Part shown: positions 1-10,376 of the stretch, piece after piece
Layout: the number at the start of each line of letters is the position of its first letter
How positions within the stretch are numbered: position 1 is the first letter of the stretch
From: a virus
Taxonomy: Duplodnaviria; Caudoviricetes
Strand: one strand, 5' to 3'
Length of the DNA: 52,618 nt
IMG/VR virus record: IMGVR_UViG_3300005527_000074
Location: 1-52,618 of that record
Made by a program: the position numbers and the translations under genes
The notes under the pieces: generated by a model
What the model was told of the DNA's origin: nothing
The model's input: the letters and a program-made list of their open reading frames with translations, nothing else
The model's database searches: none

Positions 1-2
1 TT

Positions 3-1410
3 GGTGGCAACATAACCACTGCTGGACAAATCACTGGCACAGGCAATGTAACCAGTGCAGCCAATGTATCTGGTGGTAACATACTAACTGGCGGCATGAT
101 CAGCGCCGCAGCCAACATCACAGGTGGAAATATTACCACAGGTGGATTGATTACAGTAACTGGCAACGTCATTGGTGGCAATTTGGTCACTGCTGGACAA
201 GCCAGCGCAGGTGGTAACGTTACTGGTGGTAACATTAGAACAGCCGGACAAATAAGTGCTACTGGTGCAGTGTACGGAGACAGTTTTAGTGCAGCAAATG
301 GTGTGAGTGCCGGCACAACCGTTGCGGCAACTACAGACATCACTGCTGGTGGCACAATTTCAGCAGTAGGAACAATCACTGGTGATGGCGGCATTGTCTC
401 AACTGCCAATATTTCTGGTGCCAACGTATTGGCATCTGGCTATGTCAGTGCTGTGGGTAATGTATTTGCTGCCAATTTGGTTGTGGCAACCAACATTTAT
501 GATGCCACAGCAATGAATATCACAACTGGCACTGGCAATATAACATTGGCGCCGGCTGCTGGATCAAATGTTCAAATTTCCAGCAATGCCAACATCACAA
601 TAGCTACAAATTCTACCAGCACCACATCGGGTGCATTAAGAGTTGCTGGCGGTGCTGGCATTGTGGGCAACGTTTACATTGGTGGGTTAGAAACTGTTAC
701 AGGTAATATCACTGGCGGCAACATTCTTACAGGTGGGTTAGTTAGTGCAACAGGTAACGTCACTGGTGGTAACTTGATAGCCACCGGTTTTGGGACTAAT
801 CTGGTTCAAGGTGGGACATTGAGTGCCACAGGTAATGTCATAGGCGGCAACATACTCACAGGCGGAATTGCCAGTGCTACAGGAAACATTACTGGTGGCA
901 ATATTATCACAGGCGGAGCAGTATCAGCTACAGGTGCTGTGAGCGCTACCGGTAACGTAGTGGGCGGCAATTTAGTGTCTACAGGCGCTGTGAGCGTAGG
1001 CGGTGTAGTCAGTTCTACAGGCAATGTAATTGGTGGCAATATTACCACAGTTGGCCAGATGTCAAGCACTGGCAACATTACATCTGCTGGCAACATTGCT
1101 GGTGGTAATTTGTTGGCCACAGCTTTGATACAAGGTGCTAACGTCAGCGCCACGGCAAACATTGTGGCCACTGGCAATGTCACAGCAGCCACTTTCTTGG
1201 GCTCACAGTTGAGTTTGAGTGGCAACGTTATTAGTCAAATTGCAACTACTGGTAATGTAACTGGTGCCAACGTCAATGCCACAGCAGTGGTCAGTGCAGT
1301 GGGTAACATCATTGGTGCTAATTTAAACACAGTGGGGTTGGTGCAAGCTGCAACAGTTAGTGCAACTGGTAATATCACAGGCGGCAATATTAGCACTGCT
1401 GGTAATTTAG
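3..1410 (+). repeat. Degenerate coding repeat (ATGN[IV]TGGN[IL]xTxGxVS)
   Basis: Many recurrences of ggtaa(t/c)/ggcaa(t/c) codon pairs, with a protein-level period of about 17 aa. Confidence 0.85.
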
Positions 1411-2183
1411 CGGCTCCAACTGCGGCTCAAAATACCAATACCACAGCAGTGGCCACAACTGCTTATGTTCTTGGACAGCTAAGTTCAACAACACCTACTG
1501 CTATTGCAGCCTCAGGTGCAGTGGGCACAGGTACAACATTTGCACGTTCCGATCACACTCATTCAGGCGTAACATCAATCACTGGTACTTCTAACCAAGT
1601 CACTGCCAGTGCATCAGCAGGTGCTGTGACCTTGAGTTTGCCGCAAAGCATTGCAACCAGTTCAGCAGTACAGTTTGGTAGCTTGACAGTCACAACTGGC
1701 AACATCACACTGGGCAACATCATCAATGGTGGTGCTAACCTTGCTGGTAATATTGGATCAGCAACTGGCTATTTCAACACTGTTTTTGCCAAAGCCACAT
1801 CAGCACAGTATGCTGACTTGGCAGAAACATACAGAGCTGACGCCGAATACCTACCAGGCACTGTGGTCAGCTTTGGCGGGGAATTTGAAGTCACACTTAC
1901 TGTTGGACAAAATTGTTCTAGAGTAGCTGGTGTTATTTCAACCAATCCAGCGCATGTCATGAACGCAGGCTTAGAATTTGATAACACAGCAGTGGTGGCT
2001 CTCACTGGGCGTGTGCCAACATCAGTTGTGGGTACTGTGAGAAAAGGTGACATGATGGTATCAGCAGGCCACGGTCGAGCACAAGCTTGTGCAACACCAG
2101 CTGTGGGCACTGTGATTGGTAAATCACTGGAAAACTTTGATGGCGCAGAAGGTGTTATCGAAGTTGTGGTTGGTAGATTATAA
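3..2183 (+). CDS. Tail fibre-like protein, 5'-truncated by the window, with GN(I/V)TGGN repeats and a C-terminal chaperone-like domain
   Basis: Frame is open from position 3. G/T/N/A/S-rich ~17-aa repeats. C-terminal YADLAE...VIGKSLE...EVVVGRL block typical of phage fibre C-termini. Confidence 0.75.
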   Translation, partial: GGNITTAGQITGTGNVTSAANVSGGNILTGGMISAAANITGGNITTGGLITVTGNVIGGNLVTAGQASAGGNVTGGNIRTAGQISATGAVYGDSFSAANGVSAGTTVAATTDITAGGTISAVGTITGDGGIVSTANISGANVLASGYVSAVGNVFAANLVVATNIYDATAMNITTGTGNITLAPAAGSNVQISSNANITIATNSTSTTSGALRVAGGAGIVGNVYIGGLETVTGNITGGNILTGGLVSATGNVTGGNLIATGFGTNLVQGGTLSATGNVIGGNILTGGIASATGNITGGNIITGGAVSATGAVSATGNVVGGNLVSTGAVSVGGVVSSTGNVIGGNITTVGQMSSTGNITSAGNIAGGNLLATALIQGANVSATANIVATGNVTAATFLGSQLSLSGNVISQIATTGNVTGANVNATAVVSAVGNIIGANLNTVGLVQAATVSATGNITGGNISTAGNLAAPTAAQNTNTTAVATTAYVLGQLSSTTPTAIAASGAVGTGTTFARSDHTHSGVTSITGTSNQVTASASAGAVTLSLPQSIATSSAVQFGSLTVTTGNITLGNIINGGANLAGNIGSATGYFNTVFAKATSAQYADLAETYRADAEYLPGTVVSFGGEFEVTLTVGQNCSRVAGVISTNPAHVMNAGLEFDNTAVVALTGRVPTSVVGTVRKGDMMVSAGHGRAQACATPAVGTVIGKSLENFDGAEGVIEVVVGRL

Positions 2184-2192
2184 GGACACACA

Positions 2193-2585
2193 ATGAGTTA
2201 TGTAGGCAATTCACCTAACATTGGTCAGTACAGAAAAATAGACACGTTGATCTTTGACGGGGTAGAAACCACTTTCAATATAACTGTGGGCGGCACCAGT
2301 TTTAATCCGCCCACAGCCTATGCCATGATGGTGAGTTTGAACAATGTAATTCTCAATCCTGGTGTTGGATTCAGTATCACTGGATCCACTATAAGTTTTC
2401 CCACAGCCCCAGCGGTGCACACACCGTTTTTTGGTTTAATATTTGGCGATACACTATATACTGGCACACCAAGCGACAACACAGTTGGTACCAGCAAAAT
2501 AGTTGATGCCAGCATCACTTATGCAAAGTTTGGACAAGATACACAAGCCCGTTTGACAGCAGGTCAAATTATATTTGGAGTTTAA
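2193..2585 (+). CDS. Small virion structural protein
   Basis: AAGGA RBS, MSYVGNSP N-terminus and beta-rich sequence resembling fibre-associated proteins of aquatic phages. Confidence 0.6.
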   Translation: MSYVGNSPNIGQYRKIDTLIFDGVETTFNITVGGTSFNPPTAYAMMVSLNNVILNPGVGFSITGSTISFPTAPAVHTPFFGLIFGDTLYTGTPSDNTVGTSKIVDASITYAKFGQDTQARLTAGQIIFGV

Positions 2586-2588
2586 AAG

Positions 2589-5500
2589 ATGGCAAGAAAA
2601 AGACTATACGAGTATTCGTTTACACCTGGTACAGGTGGCCTGGGCACTGTCAAGGTTCCCGATAGGTACAATCTAGCGGATATATTGGCCATTTATGATA
2701 CAACAGTAAACGTTGCTATCTATAACTTTGCTGACAATACCATGGGCGGCACAGTGTCATGGGCTCCTGGGCCAACCGCTACTTTTCCCGCAGCGTATGC
2801 TGGTGTCACAACCATCACACTAGATCTTAATACTACCACACTCAGCGCCAATGACAAATTGGCTATCTACATCGAAGATCGTGCCTTGACAGTAGAACCC
2901 TGGGCATTTGGCGAAGATGCTATTGGTCGTAACAGAATTTCAAATCCCGAAGCTCTTATTGACGCTGACTTTGAATACGGTTTACAAAATACCAAATGGC
3001 AAAACGTCAGCACCAACAACAATATTCCTGGCTTCTATGAAGATATTGGCGGAGATATTGTTTACAACACCAATGGATATTTAAGTTTGTTGGCAGGTGA
3101 TGACCTAATTACATCCAACGTTGATACCAGTGTCAAGTTACAAAACCCTGGAACCCCGGCCTGGATTGCAAATGATTATGCTCTAGTTATCAGTCAAACT
3201 CAAGGCAATGTAACACCTTTTGTGAGTGCTTATCTCACAGCCAATGTCAACAGTTCTGCTGAAAGAACATTTACAGTTAACAGTACAACTGGTATCACTG
3301 CACTTGACAATGTGTTGATCATCAATCGCCCAATCAGTGGTGGTACCACACTGGCCACAGCCAATATTACCAGCACAGCAACAACCACAGTCAACGTGGC
3401 CAACGTTGCGGCCGCACCGTTAATTGTGGACGGCAGTTATATTATTGTAGAAACTGACACTTCGGGTGTGTATGAAACCATGGCAGTAACTAACGTAACA
3501 GCCAATACACTCACAGTTACTAGACAAACCAACAACACCAATGGTGCCGGAGCCAACATTACCATTGGAAGAAACGTTTATCCTGTAAGCACACTGGAAA
3601 TTGCTCAAGTGCAAGAAGTTACAGATAGCACCACTTTGCAACTGCAACGTGGTTGGTATAACATTCCTGCTGCCAATACTTTCTACAGCGGCAGCGTTAT
3701 TCAGCGTCTCAGTGCCAACGTAGAATTGGTCAAACAAACAGTGGTAAGCACCTTGGTCAATGGTACTCAAACCATCACTCGTGGTCAGTTTAATACCACT
3801 GCATTGACTGCAGCCGGTGCTGGATCACCGTTTGTACGCATGACTGGTATGTTCTATGCCAGCGGAAGCAATGCTCTAAGTGAAATTGGTGTCAACCAAA
3901 GTGACACTCCAGTTGTTACTGGATCATACGTCAGCAATCAAAATACAGCTTCGTCAAATGCCGAAGGTGTGTCATTGGTATCTTTGAGTGAGGACAACAA
4001 TTTCTTCTATTATCCTCGACGCACTCCTAGCCTAGCAGCTGGATACCCAATTAATCAATATGATTCTATCATACGGCAGGCCTTTCCTTACACTGGTGCA
4101 GATTTGGACATTGCGTCAATCACTAGCGATGGTGCCGATCCCAGTACTATTACTGTGACCACAGTCTATGCTCATGGTCTAGTACCAGGAACTCCAATTT
4201 TGGTAAATCTCAGTGCTGGCACCAACCAAGCCTACGGCGACGGTAGTTTTATTATTATTAGTATACCTAGCACAACAACCTTTACATATCAAGCCAAGAC
4301 AGGCGCAGCAGTTTCAGGATCGTTGGCTGGCATAATAAATGTACGGTCAAATGCAGTGTTCTTGCCAAGATCATTTGATGGTGGTGTGGTGTTAGGCCCA
4401 GGCACACCCACACGAGGCGCCAGCGCCATACGTCAGACTAAAAAATATTTCCGTTACCAGTCTGGTAAAGGTATCTTGTTCTCATCTGGTACTATGTTAA
4501 AACCAACGTTTGATATCAGTGCTTTGAGCGCAGCCGGCACAACTGTCAACAGCAATATCACAGTAACAACTGATCTAGAACACGGGCTAAACGCTGGTGC
4601 TACTATAACCATAAGTGGGGTGACCACAAGCGGATACGATGACACGGGTTACATAGTTACAACCATTGTCAGCGATACCAGCTTTGTTGTACAAGCTCAA
4701 AATGTACTGGGTAGTGCATCACCAGAATTGGGACAGCAACCTAGAATTGCAATCACAGCCTGGCATGGATCTAGTATTCGCGCTGGTATTTTTGATGATC
4801 AGAACGGCTTGTTCTGGGAATCAGATGGTATATCATTGAATGCTGTGCAACGAACCAGTACATTCCAACTTGCTGGCCTGGCCAGTGTAGGTGTGGGCTC
4901 AAACTTGGTAACTGGTGATGGTAATGGCCGATTCCAAGACCAACTCAACAACGGTGATGTAATTGTGATCAAGGGCATGACTCACAGTGTTACCAGCATA
5001 ACCAATAACAATCGCATGACTGTGGTACCAACATTCCGTGGGGTATCTAATCAAACTCGAGTTAAACTGACCTTGCGTAACGAAATTAGAGTTCGCCAGG
5101 ATGATTTCAACATTGACACCATAGATGGTACTGGACCCAGCGGATACACCATTGACACCAATAAAATGCAGATGTTGGGAATTGAGTATTCATGGTACGG
5201 TGCTGGTTATGTAACATGGATGGTGCGTGGTCAAGATGGTCGTTTTATTCACGCACATCGCAGACCCAACAACAACTTGAACAATGAAGCATACATGCGT
5301 TCTGGTAACTTGCCAGCACGATACGAAGCCATTAACGAAACTGCAACCAGCAGTTTAAATGGTTCCATTGATTCAAGTCAAACCACAATCACACTGCGTG
5401 ATGCAACTGATTACCCTGATGCGTCTGTGACTTATCCTGTGTTTGTGATGATTGACAGCGAAATTATCAAGTACAGTGGCAAAACTGGCAATGACCTAAC

Positions 5501-6551
5501 TGGTGTTACCCGGGGTGCTACCTTTACGCAATGGGTTGAAGGTGCAAGCCGCAGTTTCACATCCAGCGCAGCCACTAGCCATACAGACAACACTGGTGTA
5601 ATATTGATTAGTAATACTTGTACGCCACTGGTTAACCACTGGGGTAGTTCAGTAATCATGGATGGTAATTTTGATGGTGACGAAGGCTACCAGTTTACCT
5701 ATAATCGCACCAACTATGGTTTGCCTGCTGTGATTGGTAACAGACAAGTTGCATTTGCTATGCGCCTGGCTCCCAGCGTGAGCAATGGTATCATTGGAGA
5801 TCTGGGTGTGCGTGACTTGATCAACCGTGCTCAGTTAACACTGACCAGTTTGAATTTTCAAGTAAGTGCTGGACGATATCTAGTTGAAGGTATTTTGAAT
5901 CCCAACAACATTGACTCAGCCAACACTTCTTGGCAAGGACTCAACAACTTGGGTGGTGGATTCCAGCCTAGTTTTAGCCAGTTTTCAGTGGCACCGACAT
6001 TTACTAGTCAGGCAACTGGTGGTTTAACTGGTGCTCCGTTTAATACCACAGGTGGTCTGAGCAGAAGTGGTGTTAAAATTGCCAGCAGTAGCTCAAAAGT
6101 ATATGCAAACTTAACACCAGTCAACGTGTCAAGTTCAGGTTCGGGTGCAAACGTAACAGTGAGTTTGACTGCGGCTGGTACCACATACACCACAACTACT
6201 ACTTCTATTGCAATACAGGCATCTGGTACTGGGTATGCAGTGGGCGATACTATCAAGATTCTTGGTAATACGTTAGGCGGGTCAACCACAACCAATGACT
6301 TGACACTAACAATTCAAGCTATTACTGCTGATATTACTGGTGGTGAACGACTGTTTGCTATTCCAGTTAGTTCCACAAACCAAGGTGTGTTGGATTTGAG
6401 TTCAGTCAAACAAATTGGTACCAGTACTGTGCCTGGTACAGGAACTTACCCTAACGGGCCTGAAGTGTTGGCTGTGCAGATCACTGCACTGTCAACGGTG
6501 TCAAATCCAGTGGGAGAAATTCAGCTCAGCTTCCAAGAAAGCCAGGCTTAA
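2589..6551 (+). CDS. Large virion structural protein (1320 aa)
   Basis: T/S/G-rich beta protein with DFEYGLQxTKW, RQTKKYFRYQSGKG, YSWYGAG and YMRSGNLPARYE motifs that I recognise from aquatic myophage structural proteins. Confidence 0.7.
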   Translation: MARKRLYEYSFTPGTGGLGTVKVPDRYNLADILAIYDTTVNVAIYNFADNTMGGTVSWAPGPTATFPAAYAGVTTITLDLNTTTLSANDKLAIYIEDRALTVEPWAFGEDAIGRNRISNPEALIDADFEYGLQNTKWQNVSTNNNIPGFYEDIGGDIVYNTNGYLSLLAGDDLITSNVDTSVKLQNPGTPAWIANDYALVISQTQGNVTPFVSAYLTANVNSSAERTFTVNSTTGITALDNVLIINRPISGGTTLATANITSTATTTVNVANVAAAPLIVDGSYIIVETDTSGVYETMAVTNVTANTLTVTRQTNNTNGAGANITIGRNVYPVSTLEIAQVQEVTDSTTLQLQRGWYNIPAANTFYSGSVIQRLSANVELVKQTVVSTLVNGTQTITRGQFNTTALTAAGAGSPFVRMTGMFYASGSNALSEIGVNQSDTPVVTGSYVSNQNTASSNAEGVSLVSLSEDNNFFYYPRRTPSLAAGYPINQYDSIIRQAFPYTGADLDIASITSDGADPSTITVTTVYAHGLVPGTPILVNLSAGTNQAYGDGSFIIISIPSTTTFTYQAKTGAAVSGSLAGIINVRSNAVFLPRSFDGGVVLGPGTPTRGASAIRQTKKYFRYQSGKGILFSSGTMLKPTFDISALSAAGTTVNSNITVTTDLEHGLNAGATITISGVTTSGYDDTGYIVTTIVSDTSFVVQAQNVLGSASPELGQQPRIAITAWHGSSIRAGIFDDQNGLFWESDGISLNAVQRTSTFQLAGLASVGVGSNLVTGDGNGRFQDQLNNGDVIVIKGMTHSVTSITNNNRMTVVPTFRGVSNQTRVKLTLRNEIRVRQDDFNIDTIDGTGPSGYTIDTNKMQMLGIEYSWYGAGYVTWMVRGQDGRFIHAHRRPNNNLNNEAYMRSGNLPARYEAINETATSSLNGSIDSSQTTITLRDATDYPDASVTYPVFVMIDSEIIKYSGKTGNDLTGVTRGATFTQWVEGASRSFTSSAATSHTDNTGVILISNTCTPLVNHWGSSVIMDGNFDGDEGYQFTYNRTNYGLPAVIGNRQVAFAMRLAPSVSNGIIGDLGVRDLINRAQLTLTSLNFQVSAGRYLVEGILNPNNIDSANTSWQGLNNLGGGFQPSFSQFSVAPTFTSQATGGLTGAPFNTTGGLSRSGVKIASSSSKVYANLTPVNVSSSGSGANVTVSLTAAGTTYTTTTTSIAIQASGTGYAVGDTIKILGNTLGGSTTTNDLTLTIQAITADITGGERLFAIPVSSTNQGVLDLSSVKQIGTSTVPGTGTYPNGPEVLAVQITALSTVSNPVGEIQLSFQESQA

Positions 6552-6994
6552 CGATCAGTGCCAGCGGCAAGATACCGTTCTACGGTTTCAATCTTGCCCT
6601 GCACTGCTTCAATATTCACAGTGTTCCATAAACCTGGATGCATGGGCTTGGGCCATGTGCCAGCATCAATCCATGCATAGCCCAGGTGTTCGTGATTGAG
6701 TTCAGGACAAAATTCGTGCTCAGTGGCACACACCCATGTGTTGTATTCAAACTGTCCGTCGGCACTGGTAAACTTCTCCAATGGCACTAAACGTTGATAT
6801 TCAGGAAAAAATCCCAGTTCTTCAGTGCATTCGCGCTCCATACCACCCAGCAAAGTTTCGCCAGTTTCTACTTTGCCACCTGGCAGTCCCCAGGCACCGG
6901 GGTGTTTGTTGTCGTTACGCAAGAGATACAGGTAACGACCAGTAGTGCTGGCCCTAAACCAAACACCCACTGCTCTTACAGCACTAGAATCCAT
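6548..6994 (-). CDS. Nudix hydrolase
   Basis: Nudix box GGKVETGETLLGGMERECTEELG. Start placed at the ATG overlapping the end of the upstream gene. Confidence 0.9.
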   Translation of the reverse strand: MDSSAVRAVGVWFRASTTGRYLYLLRNDNKHPGAWGLPGGKVETGETLLGGMERECTEELGFFPEYQRLVPLEKFTSADGQFEYNTWVCATEHEFCPELNHEHLGYAWIDAGTWPKPMHPGLWNTVNIEAVQGKIETVERYLAAGTDR

Positions 6995-8370
6995 TGACCT
7001 CCAGGATAGAGGCCCTGATAACTTTTGATCCATGTTTCACCAGTCCACATATATTGTACACCAGTAGTTATGTTTGTGACATACTGAATACTAGATTGTG
7101 CGCTGGCATCAAATTTCACACGCCAATAACCATTTTGGTATTCAATTATGTCGTTGGCGCTAGCCACCAATGGCCGCCCGTTGGCTCCAACCCAGGCTTC
7201 AGCAGGCCCTTCATTGCCCAGTGCTCCAGTGCCTTCAGTAAGCAAATAGCGTTGACCATCTAGTGCACTGTCAAGTCCATTGAGAGGACCACTCAGTAGT
7301 GGGTTGACCACAGCATCTACGGGATCCAGCGTATTTTGTGGCACTGTGTCAATATCCACATCATACAACACAAATCGGTCATCGTTGGGATCTAGTGTAA
7401 TGGTACCAATTACTTCGGTATCATCAGGCTGAATCAGTCTAATCTGACTGACCCCAGGACGTAGAACGCCATACACGCCAATCACAGCAGGCCATAACAA
7501 GTTACTGTCACTCACAATGTCTGGAGGTACAAGGCTGCTGTTGGGTTGATCAACAATAGACGGATCACGCAATATTTGTATTTTGTTTCCAATCAAAACA
7601 ACTTGATAACTGTATGGAGTGAATATCTGTCGTGTGCCCAGCAACAAATCACTGTCAGTGATTGCATTGTTGGCATCACCTTGAGAATCATACACGCTGG
7701 CAATGATTCGTTCAATCACGCCCAGTTTCTTGACCTTAGCTGGTGGACTAATCCAAATTGGCAATGCAAACTTCATGGTGCAAATGTCAATGGGACTTTC
7801 TGTGCCTTGCGGAATTGTTCTAGAAGTCCACTGAGTGCTTTCTAATTCAACCACAGTCAAACTGGTCCAGTCAATGTAGTTGTCTGTGCTTTGCACTTCC
7901 AATGACGGATTGAACAAGGTCACAATCTGTTCAATCAACTGTAATTTTTGGTTGGTATTTGATGTCCAAAGATCAAGTGTGACTGTGAGTTTGTAAGGTA
8001 CAGGCATCAAGCGTTCGATAGTAAAAGCATTGCCTTGTGTGGTTTCGTATGTTTCTGTAGCTGGATCATACGTGCGTTGGCGCACAGCGATGTTGCTGAC
8101 AAAATAAGGTTCTTGCATTCTAGGACGATCATAGTCCAAGCCTGTGATGTAGAATGTCATCAACGGAGTTGACGGCAAACTGTTGCGTGAGTTGTCTTGC
8201 AATATGGTTTGGGCATTGCGACTGGCATCACCATAACGAATTGGTACTCGTAACAGTGCAGGAGTATCCGTACCTTCTTCGCGACCGTATTCCACTTGAA
8301 ATCCTGAAAAGATTCTAGTGAATTGTAGTAAGAATCTGCGTATCTGCTCGTCGTAAAAAAACTGTTGCAT
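6976..8370 (-). CDS. gp15: Tail terminator / sheath stabiliser, gp15-like, with C-terminal extension
   Basis: FFYDEQIRRFLLQF..F, RVPIRYG, MPVPY, QLIEQI..LFNP motifs; next to neck genes. Confidence 0.75.
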   Translation of the reverse strand: MQQFFYDEQIRRFLLQFTRIFSGFQVEYGREEGTDTPALLRVPIRYGDASRNAQTILQDNSRNSLPSTPLMTFYITGLDYDRPRMQEPYFVSNIAVRQRTYDPATETYETTQGNAFTIERLMPVPYKLTVTLDLWTSNTNQKLQLIEQIVTLFNPSLEVQSTDNYIDWTSLTVVELESTQWTSRTIPQGTESPIDICTMKFALPIWISPPAKVKKLGVIERIIASVYDSQGDANNAITDSDLLLGTRQIFTPYSYQVVLIGNKIQILRDPSIVDQPNSSLVPPDIVSDSNLLWPAVIGVYGVLRPGVSQIRLIQPDDTEVIGTITLDPNDDRFVLYDVDIDTVPQNTLDPVDAVVNPLLSGPLNGLDSALDGQRYLLTEGTGALGNEGPAEAWVGANGRPLVASANDIIEYQNGYWRVKFDASAQSSIQYVTNITTGVQYMWTGETWIKSYQGLYPGGQWILVL

Positions 8371-8381
8371 TAAATCTCTCT

Positions 8382-9707
8382 TTATTTGAACCCGCCGTCG
8401 TCGCCGTTGTCGGCTCGTGGTTTGAGAATTTCGCTAAGACTTTGCCGACTTGGAATGCGCCCTAGATCTGTGGTCAAAACGGTGTTAGTGTTATTTACAA
8501 AGCCTGAACGCAGGGTTTCATTTAATGGACCGTTGTTGAGATCAGTTCTAACTCGGTCTTCGATCTTGACCCAGCGAGCGCCATCATATCTAAACAAACG
8601 ATTGGGTTTGTAGTCCAGACGCAAACAGTAGTCGCCACTGACTGGATTGAGAGGAAAACTCACACTAGGAGTCACTGGCAATCCATTGGGAGCCATGCCG
8701 TCGCCCACCAAATAGCCCATGACGTAGCCAAGATCTTTGGGAGTTACTGATGCCCCACCTTGTGTGCCGTCTGTAGTGACAGTTTGATCAGCAGTAAGCG
8801 AATCAGGATTGGCAGGCTCACCGTCTTGAGTAGGCACAATGTAAAACTTGTCAATGTCATAGCCCGACAGCGGCACTTCAATATCGGCTTGTGTGAGAAT
8901 TGCATCATTGAGTTCGGTGTCTTTGGTGCGAGTGCCCTGGACGTCACTGATGGTGTTAGGAGTATACTCTCTCCAAAATGTTGTATTGGTGATTTCTGTG
9001 CCCGCTGGCACATTTCTTATGGATTGGTAGTACACATCACCAGAGTTGACCACTGACCCTGTGGGATAAAAATCGCCCGGATCCCAAATGTATTCGGCCA
9101 CAAACGGCTTGTTGGTTATTGAGTTGTACTCTTGAGCATCGGTTAAGGGCGTGGCCTTAACACGCCAGGTATGTGGTAACCAAGTCTGACTCATGCCTTC
9201 AGTGGCAAAATCAGCATCTTGTACCACATAGTATTTTGGCAAGCCACGCGGCAAGTTTGGATTGAGTGGATGAAAATCTTTAAGGTTGGGCAGTTCTAAA
9301 ACGTCGCCAGTCATGAGTTTGCGTCCAAATGTGTCTATCATGTTATTGTAGTGAAACGTGATAAACAGGGTGTCGTTGTTTAAAAACAAACCAAACTGTG
9401 TTAGATCAAAGTCAATATCTTGATGGTTGTATACTCCACGCATGATATACACGTCGGGTGCATAGATTCTATCACGGTTTTCTAGCAACAGCAAGTCCTG
9501 AATGTTCATTGGACTGAGTTCATCATAGATAGGTTGGGTGGCGTCAAAATTGCCGCTGAATGCCGAATCCTCACCTCCAGTTTCTGGGCCCAAAAACTTA
9601 TGAACATACACATCCATGCCACCCACGGTGTACATCTCAGAGATAGTGCGATCCAAAAACTGGTAATCACGGGTACGATTTGGGCGGTATAAACTTAGGC
9701 GTGGCAT
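8382..9707 (-). CDS. gp14: Neck / head-closure protein, gp14-like
   Basis: GxDVYVHK, DLLLLENRDR, LTQFGLFL and GDVLELP motifs; synteny with gp15 and gp13. Confidence 0.65.
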   Translation of the reverse strand: MPRLSLYRPNRTRDYQFLDRTISEMYTVGGMDVYVHKFLGPETGGEDSAFSGNFDATQPIYDELSPMNIQDLLLLENRDRIYAPDVYIMRGVYNHQDIDFDLTQFGLFLNNDTLFITFHYNNMIDTFGRKLMTGDVLELPNLKDFHPLNPNLPRGLPKYYVVQDADFATEGMSQTWLPHTWRVKATPLTDAQEYNSITNKPFVAEYIWDPGDFYPTGSVVNSGDVYYQSIRNVPAGTEITNTTFWREYTPNTISDVQGTRTKDTELNDAILTQADIEVPLSGYDIDKFYIVPTQDGEPANPDSLTADQTVTTDGTQGGASVTPKDLGYVMGYLVGDGMAPNGLPVTPSVSFPLNPVSGDYCLRLDYKPNRLFRYDGARWVKIEDRVRTDLNNGPLNETLRSGFVNNTNTVLTTDLGRIPSRQSLSEILKPRADNGDDGGFK

Positions 9708-9713
9708 AGTGTA

Positions 9714-9719
9714 TATTTA
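9714..9719 (-). promoter_or_regulatory. Late-type promoter TAAATA for gp14-gp15-Nudix
   Basis: Minus strand reads cataaatatacactATG; 6 nt to the start codon and no SD. Confidence 0.65.
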
Positions 9720-9727
9720 TGGGCTGG

Positions 9728-9756
9728 TTGACCAAATATTCTAAACCTGCTACAAT
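9728..9756 (+). promoter_or_regulatory. Early sigma70-type promoter
   Basis: TTGACC-N17-TACAAT with TGC extended -10; ATG 6 nt downstream. Confidence 0.8.
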
Positions 9757-9762
9757 TTGGGC

Positions 9763-10032
9763 ATGAAAGTAGTTCGACTGGATCGCAGATTCAAGCAATA
9801 CAAAAACCACGGGCATGTGATTGCTGTGCGATGTAAATCATGGCTTGAGGAAGGCGTTCCTCTTGAAAAAATATGCGATACCAAACTGGGAGCCCGAGGC
9901 TACATGCCCGACAATGACTGGCATTCATATTTTGGCAAAGTCAACGGGCGCGGCCTACGTCCGTTTTGGATCACATTCCGCCGGGAATCAGATCTTACTT
10001 TAGTACTACTTTCTGCCAACTTGACCAAATAA
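9763..10032 (+). CDS. Hypothetical early protein
   Basis: ORF directly after the promoter; ATG at 9763. Confidence 0.6.
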   Translation: MKVVRLDRRFKQYKNHGHVIAVRCKSWLEEGVPLEKICDTKLGARGYMPDNDWHSYFGKVNGRGLRPFWITFRRESDLTLVLLSANLTK

Positions 10033-10049
10033 TCACTATCTGCTATAAT
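10021..10049 (+). promoter_or_regulatory. Early sigma70-type promoter
   Basis: TTGACC-N17-TATAAT with TGC extended -10. Confidence 0.85.
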
Positions 10050-10076
10050 ACACACTTGTTCACTACAGGAGTCCGT

Positions 10077-10364
10077 ATGCAAAAGGCAGCAAATTTTGTT
10101 GCAAAGTACTCTACTGCCAACAAGTCCAAAGCAGTTGTGCCCTATGACCTAATAAAAGCCACAGAAAAATGGGTGGAATACAGCCTGGACATTGTTGACA
10201 TGAATCGTATTTTGATGAAGTCAGACTTTGACACCAAATGGCGGCTGATGGAGGCTCTTGATGTTGCAGAGCGCAAACGAAAGTACATGTACAACCACAA
10301 AAACTTCAAACTCAAACGTGCCACGGAATTGTTTGAACTGTGCCGAGATTTAACTGTAAAATAA
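10077..10364 (+). CDS. Hypothetical early protein
   Basis: AGGAG RBS before ATG 10077 (MQKAANF). The ORF-track start at 9966 lies upstream of the promoter. Confidence 0.7.
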   Translation: MQKAANFVAKYSTANKSKAVVPYDLIKATEKWVEYSLDIVDMNRILMKSDFDTKWRLMEALDVAERKRKYMYNHKNFKLKRATELFELCRDLTVK

Positions 10365-10376
10365 GTAAGGACACAC

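Noticed and set aside
1-6551. Diversity-generating retroelement acting on fibre genes
   Set aside because: No reverse transcriptase and no adenine-variant template/variable repeat pair is visible in this window.
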